A stretch of DNA of 64,000 bases from a virus (Duplodnaviria > Caudoviricetes): the IMG/VR virus record IMGVR_UViG_3300028591_000124, positions 32,001 to 96,000 of that record. One strand, 5' to 3'. A program made the translations under genes and the position numbers. Below the pieces are notes generated by a model. The model was not told the origin of the DNA, ran no database searches, and worked only from the letters and a program-made list of their open reading frames with translations. Within the stretch, counting starts at the first letter, position 1; each line of letters begins with the position of its first letter. This document shows positions 63,949 to 64,000 of the stretch, piece by piece.

Positions 63949-64000
63949 AGATACGTTTTCGTTTTTGGGAACGCGGTATGGCTTATCGTTGATTTTGATG

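Overview
This 64 kb window is a segment of a large tailed dsDNA phage genome. The host is probably Bacteroidota (Prevotella/Bacteroides-like), judged from TAnnTTTG promoters, A-rich start regions without Shine-Dalgarno sites, and an IntDOT-like integrase. The standard genetic code fits. Layout: (1) 526-22059 (+) replication, recombination and packaging genes: SSB, SbcD/SbcC, RuvC, sigma factor, DnaB, primase, a split DNA Pol III alpha, guanylate kinase, DEDDh exonuclease, lysis genes, terminase and a neck protein. (2) 22187-57226 (-) integrase, tRNA-Ser, tRNA-Arg and a long block of small early/accessory genes including ACP, MazG-like, RNase H, ThyX, a reverse transcriptase, DUF932-like and DUF1566-like genes. 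(3) A structured and AT-rich divergent control region at about 57230-58940. (4) 58942-63008 (+) genes with iteron-like repeats. The main candidate for an undescribed system is an intact-looking reverse transcriptase (43137-44411, YSDD) followed directly by a 1.17 kb array of seven evenly spaced units (period about 178 nt). Each unit is a long hairpin of different sequence between short conserved flanks, and an eighth unit lies two genes further on. Other notable items are a degenerate split-intein-like module at the DnaE break, an orphan DGR-type variable region, several structured non-coding elements and a candidate phage late promoter. All calls were made by eye from motifs; no database searches or folding programs were run.
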